This document shows positions 9,664 through 18,164 of a stretch of DNA of 54,075 nt, piece by piece. The position numbers and the translations under genes were made by a program. The notes below the pieces were generated by a model. The model searched no databases. It saw only the letters and a program-made list of their open reading frames with translations, and was not told the DNA's origin. Numbering within the stretch: the first letter of the stretch is position 1; each line of letters opens with the position of its first letter. Source of the stretch: a virus (Duplodnaviria > Caudoviricetes); the IMG/VR virus record IMGVR_UViG_3300027896_000056, positions 1 to 54,075 of that record; one strand, given 5' to 3'.

Positions 9664-9723
9664 TGTTGTAGATGCTTGATAGGTCTACAACATTAGTCTT
9701 GCTTAAAAGGAGATAAAAACATG
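9664..9723 (+). promoter_or_regulatory. ROSE-like structured 5' leader of hsp20
   Basis: Hairpin TGTTGTAGA/TCTACAACA, then TCTTGCTT-AAA-AGGAGA (UUGCU pairs with SD). Confidence 0.5.
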
Positions 9724-10173
9724 ACTAGAGAACTAACCCTTCGTTCCCTCGATATTCCAGCAATTCACAAGTTTGGTATCGGATTTGATTCACTATTTGA
9801 TGAACTTATGCGTAACAACGCGCAACAGGCAACGAACTACCCACCTTACAATATCGTAAAGCACGATGATGACAACTTCATCATTGAACTCGCCGTTGCC
9901 GGTTTCAACGAAGGCGATATTCACATTACATTGGAAAAGAATCTTCTCACTATTAAGGGTGAGCAGACACAATCTCTTGACGAACTCGAAAAGGAGGTTG
10001 AATACCTGCATCGTGGCATTTCGGCTCGCAGCTTCACACGTACCTTTACACTTGCCGATCACGTGGAAGTGTCAAAGGCACATGCAAAGAACGGCATACT
10101 CAGCATTGAACTTGAACGCAAGGTTCCTGAGGAACAGAAGCCAAAAAGTATTGCAATCTCATACAAAAAGTGA
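9721..10173 (+). CDS. ibpA: small heat-shock protein Hsp20 (IbpA-like)
   Basis: NYPPYNI, ELAVAGF, YLHRGI, FTRTFTL, NGIL. Confidence 0.95.
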   Translation: MTRELTLRSLDIPAIHKFGIGFDSLFDELMRNNAQQATNYPPYNIVKHDDDNFIIELAVAGFNEGDIHITLEKNLLTIKGEQTQSLDELEKEVEYLHRGISARSFTRTFTLADHVEVSKAHAKNGILSIELERKVPEEQKPKSIAISYKK

Positions 10174-10235
10174 TATAAATAAAATCATGCTTGCGGGTAA
10201 TGGTGCCCGCAAGCACCCTTTCAAGGATTAATAAA

Positions 10236-10541
10236 ATGGCAAATGCAGAACCAACTAGTAAGATCAAGCCCAATCTCGCGCTTAAGGAACCACCGTTGTA
10301 CAAGGTCATCTATATGGATGACGATCATACTTCGATGGAGTTCGTAGTTAGGTCTCTGATTGAATACTTCAATTACAACCCGGACACCGCAACTCAGATC
10401 ACGGTCGATGTTCATGAACACGGCAGTGCGGTCGTCGCTGTTCTTCCATACGAAATCGCAGAACAACGCGGGATAGAGGTTACTCTTGACGCTCGCGCAC
10501 ACAACTTTCCCTTGCAAGTTAAAGTTGAGGCGGACGATTAA
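10236..10541 (+). CDS. clpS: Clp protease adaptor ClpS
   Basis: PPLYKVIYMDDDHTSMEFVV...VHEHG..V..LPYEIAE..FPL. Confidence 0.92.
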   Translation: MANAEPTSKIKPNLALKEPPLYKVIYMDDDHTSMEFVVRSLIEYFNYNPDTATQITVDVHEHGSAVVAVLPYEIAEQRGIEVTLDARAHNFPLQVKVEADD

Positions 10542-11154
10542 TTCGGGAACGAGTAACTCGGCCACGGTGCCATCCGATAGGAATATCGGTAGCACCGTGG
10601 ACCCGTCTACTTTCAATTCCATTTGTAATCCAAATCATAGCACTAAATGCCTTGCTTTTTGCAAGATTGTGTTCCGGTGAATGTTTTCTACCCTTCATAG
10701 CCCTGCTATGATTTAGATTTTGTTCAATAGAATGCGGTTTTCCTCTACATCTATCTCCTATTGCCCTACATTGTTCGGGCGTTCGTTTGATTCCTTTACT
10801 ATATTGATTTCCGAATTTAGAAATCGCTATTTTGGCTCTAGTTTCGTTAGATCGGATCGCCCCGGAAGCCCCGTCACCTCCGTCTGTCTCATTACGCAAA
10901 ATTCCGGTATTATTGTCTTTGCGACCATACCAGTTAATACATCGTCTTTCTAATGCTAGAGACCATAACTCAGTTAGCTCTGCGGCTATGATTAGTATGT
11001 AAGAATGATCACGCGGTGGTCTTATTTCATGTTTCATTTTTGTCCATGCGCGTTTATCTTTTCCTTTACCTATATAGTAAGGAGTACCATTTTTACGCAG
11101 ATAGGCATATACATAGAAACCTGATGGCGGGTTTGTTTTTGAGTAAATATTCAT
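10519..11154 (-). CDS. free-standing GIY-YIG homing endonuclease with NUMOD3-like repeats
   Basis: FYVYAYLR..GTPYYIGKG, LRNETDGGDG, HSxE repeats, C-terminal WITNG..IPIGWHRGR. Confidence 0.85.
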   Translation of the reverse strand: MNIYSKTNPPSGFYVYAYLRKNGTPYYIGKGKDKRAWTKMKHEIRPPRDHSYILIIAAELTELWSLALERRCINWYGRKDNNTGILRNETDGGDGASGAIRSNETRAKIAISKFGNQYSKGIKRTPEQCRAIGDRCRGKPHSIEQNLNHSRAMKGRKHSPEHNLAKSKAFSAMIWITNGIESRRVHGATDIPIGWHRGRVTRSRINRPPQL

Positions 11155-11222
11155 ACTGATGCTCCTTCAAAGCGTTAGAGTAGTTGGGGATTGCTGTCCC
11201 GCGAACTACATTTTTATTTATT
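11155..11222 (-). promoter_or_regulatory. late-type promoter plus conserved hairpin leader of GIY-YIG gene
   Basis: ATAAATA then GTAGTT/AACTAC stem; homologous to 41803-41869. Confidence 0.7.
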
Positions 11223-11232
11223 GTAGTTGTAA

Positions 11233-11934
11233 TCAAATTGATATAGTGATTCGTTTAGGCCAATAAGGCTTTTGGTGTAGATACGGATTGTTTATAAAAT
11301 TGATGTTTTCAGACATAGTATCAGCACCCTTTTCGTAAGTACCAAATACCCAGTGCGTCACTTTATGCTCAGTATCATTAGCTAAAGTGGCGCACAACGG
11401 TACTTGATCATCTGATATTATAGGTCTTTCCCCAAAGTATAATTCATTCTTGGGAACAGCATTAGATACTACTATAATGTTCTTGACATCTAAATGTCTC
11501 TGTAGTTTACCCAATGCTAGATAAAGATAGTTGAAATCATCATGTCTTGATGCAGTTTCGAATAGACGCTGAGTGGTAAATGTGTCGCCCGCATTGCTCC
11601 AACCGTTTATTCCTACAATGGCAATTCCATCGACTATGGCAACGTGTTGATGCAATAAACACACATTTTTTATATTTGATACGATTGAAATAATTTCTTC
11701 GGTTCTGATTGAAATGCTATCAGTTGTCTCGTATTCTAGGATTCCTGGAATATAGAACACACCTTGATAATGCTTACCAAGATGAGCTAGAGTTTGATAC
11801 AATGTTCTTAAATCTGAACTGATATTTCCTGCAACTATACAATAAAGGCTAGTTGCCTTGTTTTCCCAGTTGAAGCTCTCATCGGGCGATAAAAAGAGGT
11901 CACTGATGTAATCGAAACCGACTTCGTTTTGCAT
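11233..11934 (-). CDS. degenerate calcineurin-like metallophosphoesterase-fold protein
   Basis: Motif spacing matches 28046..28885 but metal ligands replaced (SDLF, AGNI, PGILE, SNAVP, VFGTY). Confidence 0.7.
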   Translation of the reverse strand: MQNEVGFDYISDLFLSPDESFNWENKATSLYCIVAGNISSDLRTLYQTLAHLGKHYQGVFYIPGILEYETTDSISIRTEEIISIVSNIKNVCLLHQHVAIVDGIAIVGINGWSNAGDTFTTQRLFETASRHDDFNYLYLALGKLQRHLDVKNIIVVSNAVPKNELYFGERPIISDDQVPLCATLANDTEHKVTHWVFGTYEKGADTMSENINFINNPYLHQKPYWPKRITISI

Positions 11935-11939
11935 TTATT

Positions 11940-12251
11940 TTATTTTGCTACGTTTAACTTTGGCTTACGAGATGCACGTGGCTTTTTGACTGGTGCTTCG
12001 ACTTCCTTAGCTACTTCTTCAACTGCTACTTCTGCTTTCTTGGCAGCTTTCTTAGCAACTGATTTAGTAGTCTTTGCGGCGACCTCAGCTACAGTCACAG
12101 CTTCTTCGGTAGCAACTTCAACCTTATCAACCACTGCACTTGTTGTAGTTTCGGCAGTTTCAACGACCTTAGTTACAACCTTTGCAGAGTTTGTTTTTTT
12201 GTATGCGACATATACCAAAAGAAGCAATGCAGCGATAATTAGAATTTCCAT
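11940..12251 (-). CDS. membrane-anchored Ala/Lys/Val/Glu-rich protein
   Basis: N-terminal TM, low-complexity body, basic tail; AGGAG RBS and ATAAATA upstream. Confidence 0.7.
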   Translation of the reverse strand: MEILIIAALLLLVYVAYKKTNSAKVVTKVVETAETTTSAVVDKVEVATEEAVTVAEVAAKTTKSVAKKAAKKAEVAVEEVAKEVEAPVKKPRASRKPKLNVAK

Positions 12252-12398
12252 ATAAGTCTCCTATAGGTTTGGATTTTCCTATAGTATTTATGAACCCGTT
12301 TTACGCAAACAATAAATCTATAATTTGGTTACCAAATATGTTGCATTACATCAAACTCTCGTGTAGTGTGATTTTCTCACTTAACTAAAGGATTTTAA

Positions 12399-13019
12399 AT
12401 GAGTCTCGTACCTATCGTTATTGAACAGACCTCTCGCGGTGAGCGGTCGTATGACATCTACTCCCGACTGCTTAGGGATCGTGTGATCCTTCTAGAAGGC
12501 GAAGTGCATGATCAGATGGCCAATCTTATCGTTGCACAGTTGCTTTTCCTCGAATCGGAAGATCCTGATGCTGATATTTCGCTTTATATCAACTCGCCGG
12601 GTGGTTCAGTAACTGCTGGACTTGCTATCTATGATACTATGAATTTCATTAGGCCCGATGTTTCTACTATTGTTATGGGCCAGGCTTGTTCGATGGGATC
12701 GTTTCTTGCAATGGCAGGGACGCCCGGCAAGCGAATCGTTCTTCCGCAGTCTCGCACTATGATTCACCGAGTCAGTTCTGGTACTCGCGGTACAAAGGGT
12801 TCGGTTCACGTTCAGGAACTCGAATTTGAAGACGCTCGGCGTCATCTGGAGGAATCCAAGAAGATCAATGAGCGCCTGACTCAGTTGTATGTTGAGCATA
12901 ACACTGCCGGCAAGACCTATGAGGAACTGTTTGAAACTATGAAGTTTGACACGTTCCTGTCTGCTTCCGAAGCCGTCGAATACGGTCTTGCAGACAAAAT
13001 CGTAGCAAAGCGTCCTTGA
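12399..13019 (+). CDS. clpP: ATP-dependent Clp protease proteolytic subunit ClpP
   Basis: [15 protein letters not shown], catalytic GQACSMG, MIH, FDTFLSA.EA.EYGL.D. Confidence 0.96.
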   Translation: MSLVPIVIEQTSRGERSYDIYSRLLRDRVILLEGEVHDQMANLIVAQLLFLESEDPDADISLYINSPGGSVTAGLAIYDTMNFIRPDVSTIVMGQACSMGSFLAMAGTPGKRIVLPQSRTMIHRVSSGTRGTKGSVHVQELEFEDARRHLEESKKINERLTQLYVEHNTAGKTYEELFETMKFDTFLSASEAVEYGLADKIVAKRP

Positions 13020-13057
13020 TGGTTGACATTGCTACTTCAATGTAGTAATGTCGGCTC

Positions 13058-13579
13058 ATGTATACGATAGCTGAACATCTTAAAGGTCGTCACGTTGACC
13101 TCAATCTTCATCGTCCTATGATTGATGAAGTTGAGCGAGTGGCGACCTTTTACCTGTATGATCTTACTGGTCGTGCAGTTGGCTATCATCAATATCGCCC
13201 AGAAGGCGAAAAGAAACTACCCAACGATTTCAAGAGTGGCAAATACTTCACTTGGCGTAAGGGTTATGCTCCATGGGGAGTAGAAAGCCTTTCGCTGACT
13301 CCGTATGTAGTTTTTCTTACCGAAGGTATCTTTGACGCTGCCCGGCTGACAGAGCGCGGGTATAGCGCACTTGCAACGCTTTCTAACGATCCGCAATCAG
13401 ACTTTAAAAACTGGTTGCGTTTTCTTGGTCGTCGTGTTGTTGCGGTATGTGATAACGATAATGCAGGTCGTCGCCTTGCTAAGTTTGGTGACGTTGCCTT
13501 GTTTACTGAGGATAAGGACCTCGGTGATTCGTCTGACGAATATGTTGATTGGCTATTGAAGGAGTATGGAAATGCGTGA
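13058..13579 (+). CDS. TOPRIM-domain (primase-like) protein
   Basis: LTEGIFDA, CDNDNAG, KDLGD. Confidence 0.8.
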   Translation: MYTIAEHLKGRHVDLNLHRPMIDEVERVATFYLYDLTGRAVGYHQYRPEGEKKLPNDFKSGKYFTWRKGYAPWGVESLSLTPYVVFLTEGIFDAARLTERGYSALATLSNDPQSDFKNWLRFLGRRVVAVCDNDNAGRRLAKFGDVALFTEDKDLGDSSDEYVDWLLKEYGNA

Positions 13580-13799
13580 TGTCAAGGAATATACGCATTC
13601 GGTCAGTGTAATCCTGGTTGAGAACATGAACCTCTTTGAGCGTGGCCATATCACTAAAGATCAGTTGCTTACTCTCATTGATAGTCTGGAACAGATTAGT
13701 ATCAATGAACAGCAGCGAAAGTTCTTTGGTGCATATCGGAAGCTTGTTGACAAAGTTGAAAACGCAGCGAAGGGATTTGAAGATGCGTCTGTGGGATAA
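13572..13799 (+). CDS. hypothetical protein
   Basis: AAGGAG RBS region; coupled ORF. Confidence 0.55.
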   Translation: MRDVKEYTHSVSVILVENMNLFERGHITKDQLLTLIDSLEQISINEQQRKFFGAYRKLVDKVENAAKGFEDASVG

Positions 13800-14013
13800 C
13801 GAATCTAATCTTTGGCTATCGACTCCTGAGGAATTCACCGAAGTTCCTGACGGAACAGTATTGCTTAGTGTTAGCGATGATACCAGGGTCAAGGGTAAAG
13901 ACTACATTGATGATGACACACGAGGTGGTTGTATTGCATATGGTCTTACTCCCGCTATGGCAGAATCTCAAGGATTGATGCCTCAGTTTATCATTTGGAA
14001 ACTGAGAAGCTAA
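13783..14013 (+). CDS. hypothetical protein
   Basis: Ends QFIIWKLRS*; KGKDYIDDDTRGG motif. Confidence 0.6.
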   Translation: MRLWDNESNLWLSTPEEFTEVPDGTVLLSVSDDTRVKGKDYIDDDTRGGCIAYGLTPAMAESQGLMPQFIIWKLRS

Positions 14014-14228
14014 TGGCTAAAACCATTAACTTTGGAAGGGTGCCCGGAGAAAAAGACCTTGAATGGTTTGCGAAGAACATTGGACCTCGCAACCATTATA
14101 CAAAGTATAGCATCGGTGGTGAAGGGTGGTGCTTTACCTATGAGCAAGACAACCCGTGGTCCAAACAAGATTGGAACCTGACAGTTGACGATGAAAAGAT
14201 GCTGACATATTATTTGCTGACTCATTGA
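14013..14228 (+). CDS. microprotein family, dispersed member
   Basis: WFAKNIG..GEGW; ends VDDEKMLTYYLLTH*; similar to 2073..2318. Confidence 0.65.
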   Translation: MAKTINFGRVPGEKDLEWFAKNIGPRNHYTKYSIGGEGWCFTYEQDNPWSKQDWNLTVDDEKMLTYYLLTH

Positions 14229-14290
14229 TTTTTTGGTTGACACTGGAGTTCTTATACACTATTGAAGAACTCACAACAACGGAGGTTATC

Positions 14291-14506
14291 ATGCAAACGG
14301 AAACTCTTAAGTACGATTATCGTCACGGTGGTCCCTATGATCGCGGCTCTGCTGACAGCTATTATCGTCGCCAGTTTAATCCCCACTATTATGTCGGTGC
14401 TACCTATAGCAGCGAACTTGTGGAAAAGGATCGGATGACTGACGAGGAAATCGCAGCGTATACGGCTGGCTATGATGAAAACGATGATTTCAAAGATTGG
14501 GGATAA
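14291..14506 (+). CDS. conserved early phage protein
   Basis: GGAGG RBS behind sigma70 promoter; RHGGPYDRGSADSYY. Confidence 0.7.
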   Translation: MQTETLKYDYRHGGPYDRGSADSYYRRQFNPHYYVGATYSSELVEKDRMTDEEIAAYTAGYDENDDFKDWG

Positions 14507-14759
14507 CATGAGCAACTGGCTTTATCTCGCAGGGAGTGCCTGCTTCGCACTCGGCACTATTCTCAACATGTTGAAGTGATATGCATTACCTTCATCTATT
14601 TTTTGCCATTTTCTGCGGGTCGCTCTGCGTAGCGAATGTTGCGGCTATGGTATATTACTATCGCAAGTTTCCACTAGTACTCGTTACCAATGGGTTTGCT
14701 GCTGCACTTACCGCAGTTGCCACATTGATTAGCTGCGTACAACTTTAAAGGAAAGTAAT

Positions 14760-14978
14760 ATGGAACTTCTCAATGTATTTGTGTCTAGCAAACGTGCAGT
14801 ATTCATCAATGGCACTCGAATCACTAGTCGTGGAACAAAGTGGGGGAATCATTGGCATCTTGACGAATTTACTTGCACTGCTGATCAGGTTCGTCAACTA
14901 CTGCGTGAACGGGGACCTGCAAATGGTTATGCCGGAATCGAAATTGATGACGATTATGCCGCTGAATTCGGAATTTAA
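14760..14978 (+). CDS. hypothetical protein
   Basis: AAGGA RBS. Confidence 0.6.
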   Translation: MELLNVFVSSKRAVFINGTRITSRGTKWGNHWHLDEFTCTADQVRQLLRERGPANGYAGIEIDDDYAAEFGI

Positions 14979-15136
14979 GGAGAGTTAAAATGTTGGAACG
15001 TATTCTATTCGCACTAGTTATGGCTATTGGGTACGGTATCGGTTTTTATATGCCTGACTATGTTAAGGGAACACTTGACCGAGCCGACATCGCTGTCCCG
15101 ATGATGGCATTTGTTGCTTCATTCATCACTATGTAT

Positions 15137-15408
15137 ATTAGGGAGAAGTAATATGGCAACACATAATGTAAGGGTTGGTAATGCATTCTTATATTAGTAT
15201 AGGAAACGATAATAAGCATTACTGGTGTATTAATTTTACAGACCAAGAGCTTAAGATTTGGTATAATAACAAAGAGTTTATGGAGCGGAAGACTAGAGTA
15301 TATCTTCCTAGCAAAGAAGAAATTATTGCCGCCTATCCGCACTTAGCAGAAGTATTATAATCTAGATTAGGGAGAAGTAATGTGGCAACGCATAAAGTAA
15401 AGAGTTGG
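15137..15408 (+). repeat. ~42-bp imperfect direct repeat (15137-15178 / 15366-15408)
   Basis: ATTAGGGAGAAGTAAT(A/G)TGGCAAC(A/G)CATAA...GTTGG twice. Confidence 0.8.
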
Positions 15409-15672
15409 ACGGCATTCTTTCAGGCATTCAAGACTGGTGCCAAGAAGCATGATATGCGTGACTTGAAGGATCGTGACTATAAGGTTGGGGACATTCTCAT
15501 CCTGCAAGAATATGATCCGTTTAAGGGTGAGTATACTGGTGAAGAACTGACTCGCCAAATCACTTACATTACCTCGCGTGATACGCCCTGCGCGTTTTCG
15601 TCAGCAGCACTTGATCGTGACTACTGTATTCTTTCTCTCGGTGAAGTTGGGAGTCAAGATGATGTCTACTAA
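15382..15672 (+). CDS. ASCH/PUA-like (DUF3850-type) protein
   Basis: HKVKSW..FF..G.KKHDMR..DRDYKVGDILILQEY..YTG. Confidence 0.8.
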   Translation: MATHKVKSWTAFFQAFKTGAKKHDMRDLKDRDYKVGDILILQEYDPFKGEYTGEELTRQITYITSRDTPCAFSSAALDRDYCILSLGEVGSQDDVY

Positions 15673-15958
15673 GTCTTATCTTTACCTTGTAGCAACTTTT
15701 TTAATTCTGATGGCTGCCGAAAACACTTGGTTTATGACTCGGATGCATCAAGAAGGTAGTTTTACCACTTATCTTCGCGGAGAGGTTGATCGCGTGGGTA
15801 GGCATAACATCAGTCATGCAGTAGATGCAGATTGCAAGTCTATGCTGGCATATCCTGACGCCGATGCAAGCTTTAACAATCTTGACAAGTCGTATCCTTG
15901 GGACTATGATTTCAAGAATATGGTTGTTTATCAAACCAAAACTGAGTGCGATGATTAA
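15662..15958 (+). CDS. hypothetical protein with N-terminal TM
   Basis: GGGAG RBS; hydrophobic N-terminus. Confidence 0.55.
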   Translation: MSTKSYLYLVATFLILMAAENTWFMTRMHQEGSFTTYLRGEVDRVGRHNISHAVDADCKSMLAYPDADASFNNLDKSYPWDYDFKNMVVYQTKTECDD

Positions 15959-16307
15959 TATGCCACATAAGTATCCATATGGGGCCATTGAGAGTGAAAA
16001 GCCGCTGATCTTTGGTTTGATGGGACAAACTTTGTATGCGGTTCATGGACTCGGCACAAAGAGTTACATCCATGAAATGCAGAATGTCCGTAATCTGCAT
16101 ACACTTTCTAATGGTTCTCGTGTTATTCGTTATGATTATAAATCAACGTACTATGGTACCATTATGGAGACTGAGTTGCATCTTACAGATTTCAACATCG
16201 GGGCACATTATAATGATCATTACATTTTTCATACCCTCGAAGATGCCGATGCATATCTGAGTTGGGCCAAGAAGTATACTCATGAGACTGGCGCGAGACT
16301 GGTCTAA
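15951..16307 (+). CDS. hypothetical protein
   Basis: Coupled ORF. Confidence 0.55.
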   Translation: MINMPHKYPYGAIESEKPLIFGLMGQTLYAVHGLGTKSYIHEMQNVRNLHTLSNGSRVIRYDYKSTYYGTIMETELHLTDFNIGAHYNDHYIFHTLEDADAYLSWAKKYTHETGARLV

Positions 16308-16352
16308 ATCCAACGTTCAAATATAATTTCAAGCTGTAACGAAAGTGTAATC

Positions 16353-16616
16353 ATGCCTAAGTATCTAGTTGAAACGGTAAGCATCTTTCGCATTCGGTAT
16401 GTCGTTGACACCGAAAATGCCGAGTATGCTCAAGACACTGTAGTAATGAATGAGGCGGAAGAGTTCAGTCAGAAGCACATTGACGAAAACATCATCGGGT
16501 GCCGTGAAGTTTCTGATGATGAGATTCCGAAGTTGTTTTTTGAGGATCATCCCTATCTGGAACAGCATGGTCCAGAAAAGGCATTTGAGTATGTCCACAA
16601 GGTAGAGGAAACATAA
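16353..16616 (+). CDS. conserved phage protein
   Basis: YLVETVSIFRIRYVV...EEFSQKHIDENI. Confidence 0.7.
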   Translation: MPKYLVETVSIFRIRYVVDTENAEYAQDTVVMNEAEEFSQKHIDENIIGCREVSDDEIPKLFFEDHPYLEQHGPEKAFEYVHKVEET

Positions 16617-16796
16617 TATGTTTATGGTTTGTGCAGTTTTTCTGATAATTGGCGTCTTAATCGGACTTATGCTTGGTCCGTCTACTGAGCGCATTGAATC
16701 AGCCTTTAATGATGGTTTCATGCAAGGTCTGGAAGTCGGACAAGAAAATGCCCATCGTGGCAGAACTCATAGCAAGTGGAAAAAGGAAAAGTAATC

Positions 16797-16949
16797 ATGG
16801 AAAAGTTTGTTCATATTATGAAACTGGCAGAAGCAGACGCCCTTATCCTTTCCGTAGCTAATCAGGTTGGTGAGAACATTGCTGATTCTCTTAAGAGCAT
16901 ATCCAACCAACTAGCAGACATCGCTGATCAACTTGAAGGAGAAGACTAA
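16797..16949 (+). CDS. small protein (50 aa, not in ORF track)
   Basis: AAGGA RBS; ends LEGED*. Confidence 0.55.
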   Translation: MEKFVHIMKLAEADALILSVANQVGENIADSLKSISNQLADIADQLEGED

Positions 16950-17369
16950 TGGGTACTCGCAGTCTTACATATCTCTATCTTGAAAATGCCGAAAAGCCAT
17001 TCACCTGCATCTATCGCCAGTTCGATGGTTATCCTACTGGGCACGGTCTTGAAATCGCAGAGTTTATGAACTCCAAGACTATGGTCAATGGATATAATGA
17101 TGCAGCAAGTCAGATTAATGGCATGGGCTGTCTTGCTTCACAGCTTATCGTGTTGCTTAAGGAGGGCAAGTGCGAAGCTGGTGGAATCTATATTTACCAC
17201 CCGGACGAGACTGACTGTTGGCAAGAATATGAGTATCATATTTGGCCCGACAAAGTGCATATTATCGGTTATCGTGAAGCTCCTATCTTTGAGGGAGACT
17301 GGAAGCAGTTTCTTGAATATTGTAAAAATCCTTATTACCCAAATGAAGATGAAGGAGAAGACTAATGGG
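16934..17369 (+). repeat. 20-bp exact direct repeat flanking gene 16949..17365
   Basis: TGAAGGAGAAGACTAATGGG at 16934-16953 and 17350-17369. Confidence 0.85.
16949..17365 (+). CDS. conserved phage protein (MGTRS...DGYP type)
   Basis: MGTRS..IYRQFDGYP..NGMGCLA..EYEY. Confidence 0.75.
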   Translation: MGTRSLTYLYLENAEKPFTCIYRQFDGYPTGHGLEIAEFMNSKTMVNGYNDAASQINGMGCLASQLIVLLKEGKCEAGGIYIYHPDETDCWQEYEYHIWPDKVHIIGYREAPIFEGDWKQFLEYCKNPYYPNEDEGED

Positions 17370-17814
17370 ACTTGATATGAATCTTTATGCCGAACGCTAT
17401 TTTTGGGGTTTCGGTAACACAGAAGACGCTGCATTGGCATCTGACATCGCACAGTTGATTGGCATTGATCATGCTGGGATGCCAGTGAAGACCATTCGAC
17501 TCGAAGCCGGATATTGGCGTAAGGCAAACCACATTCACAAGTGGTTTGTTGACAATGTTCAGGATGGCGAAGATAATTGTCAGGCCGCAGACGTTGGGCG
17601 TGACCATCTGCGTGAATTGAGAGACCTGTGTCAGCAGGTTCTAGATGATAACTCGAAGGCATCTACATTGCTTCCTACTACTGAAGGATTTTTCTTTGGT
17701 GGGAAGGATTATGATCAGTGGTATTTTTCTGATCTAGTCGATACTATCAAGATCATTGACCAAGCACTTGCTCTTCCTGAAGGTTGGGATTTTTCTTACC
17801 GATCATCCTGGTAA
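17365..17814 (+). CDS. conserved phage protein (MGLD...YWRKAN type)
   Basis: MGLDM, YWRKANHIHKWF, LPTTEGFFFG, YRSSW. Confidence 0.8.
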   Translation: MGLDMNLYAERYFWGFGNTEDAALASDIAQLIGIDHAGMPVKTIRLEAGYWRKANHIHKWFVDNVQDGEDNCQAADVGRDHLRELRDLCQQVLDDNSKASTLLPTTEGFFFGGKDYDQWYFSDLVDTIKIIDQALALPEGWDFSYRSSW

Positions 17815-17841
17815 AAAAAATCCGATTGGTGTATTTTTTGG

Positions 17842-17888
17842 TTGACACTGGTCTCAGTTGAGCGTAGTGATACTGCATCAACTGAGAC
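17842..17888 (+). promoter_or_regulatory. sigma70-type promoter with 11-bp inverted repeat around -10
   Basis: TTGACA-17-TAGTGA; GTCTCAGTTGA / TCAACTGAGAC. Confidence 0.6.
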
Positions 17889-17902
17889 ACAGGAGACTTC
17901 AA

Positions 17903-18163
17903 ATGACTTACATCGTTTACAACATTGCAACGACTCGCATTGAAGATACCTACAACAATGAAACCACTGCGAAGCGGATTCGCACTCGCCTGAACAATAA
18001 GGCTGGAGAAGTTAAGTTCGCCGTCGCGCATAGCGAGGTTTATCATAGCCAGATTGAAAAGATGGTTGAGCGCACGAACATCATGACTGGCAAGACTTTC
18101 ATGGAAAGCGTCAACACTCCCTCCTACTGCTCGCCTTCGAGCGAATCGTATTGGAGCATGTGA
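17903..18163 (+). CDS. conserved early phage protein
   Basis: AGGAG RBS; C-terminal NTPSYCSPSSESYWSM. Confidence 0.75.
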   Translation: MTYIVYNIATTRIEDTYNNETTAKRIRTRLNNKAGEVKFAVAHSEVYHSQIEKMVERTNIMTGKTFMESVNTPSYCSPSSESYWSM

Positions 18164-18164
18164 C

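Noticed and set aside
10562-10600. Strong hairpin CCACGGTGC/GCACCGTGG after clpS as a separate element
   Set aside because: Lies within the nuclease coding sequence and has no U tract; may only stabilise or end the clpS transcript.
10519-11154. Group I intron housing the GIY-YIG genes
   Set aside because: Flanking genes are intact rather than split, and no intron core is recognisable around any of the three nucleases.
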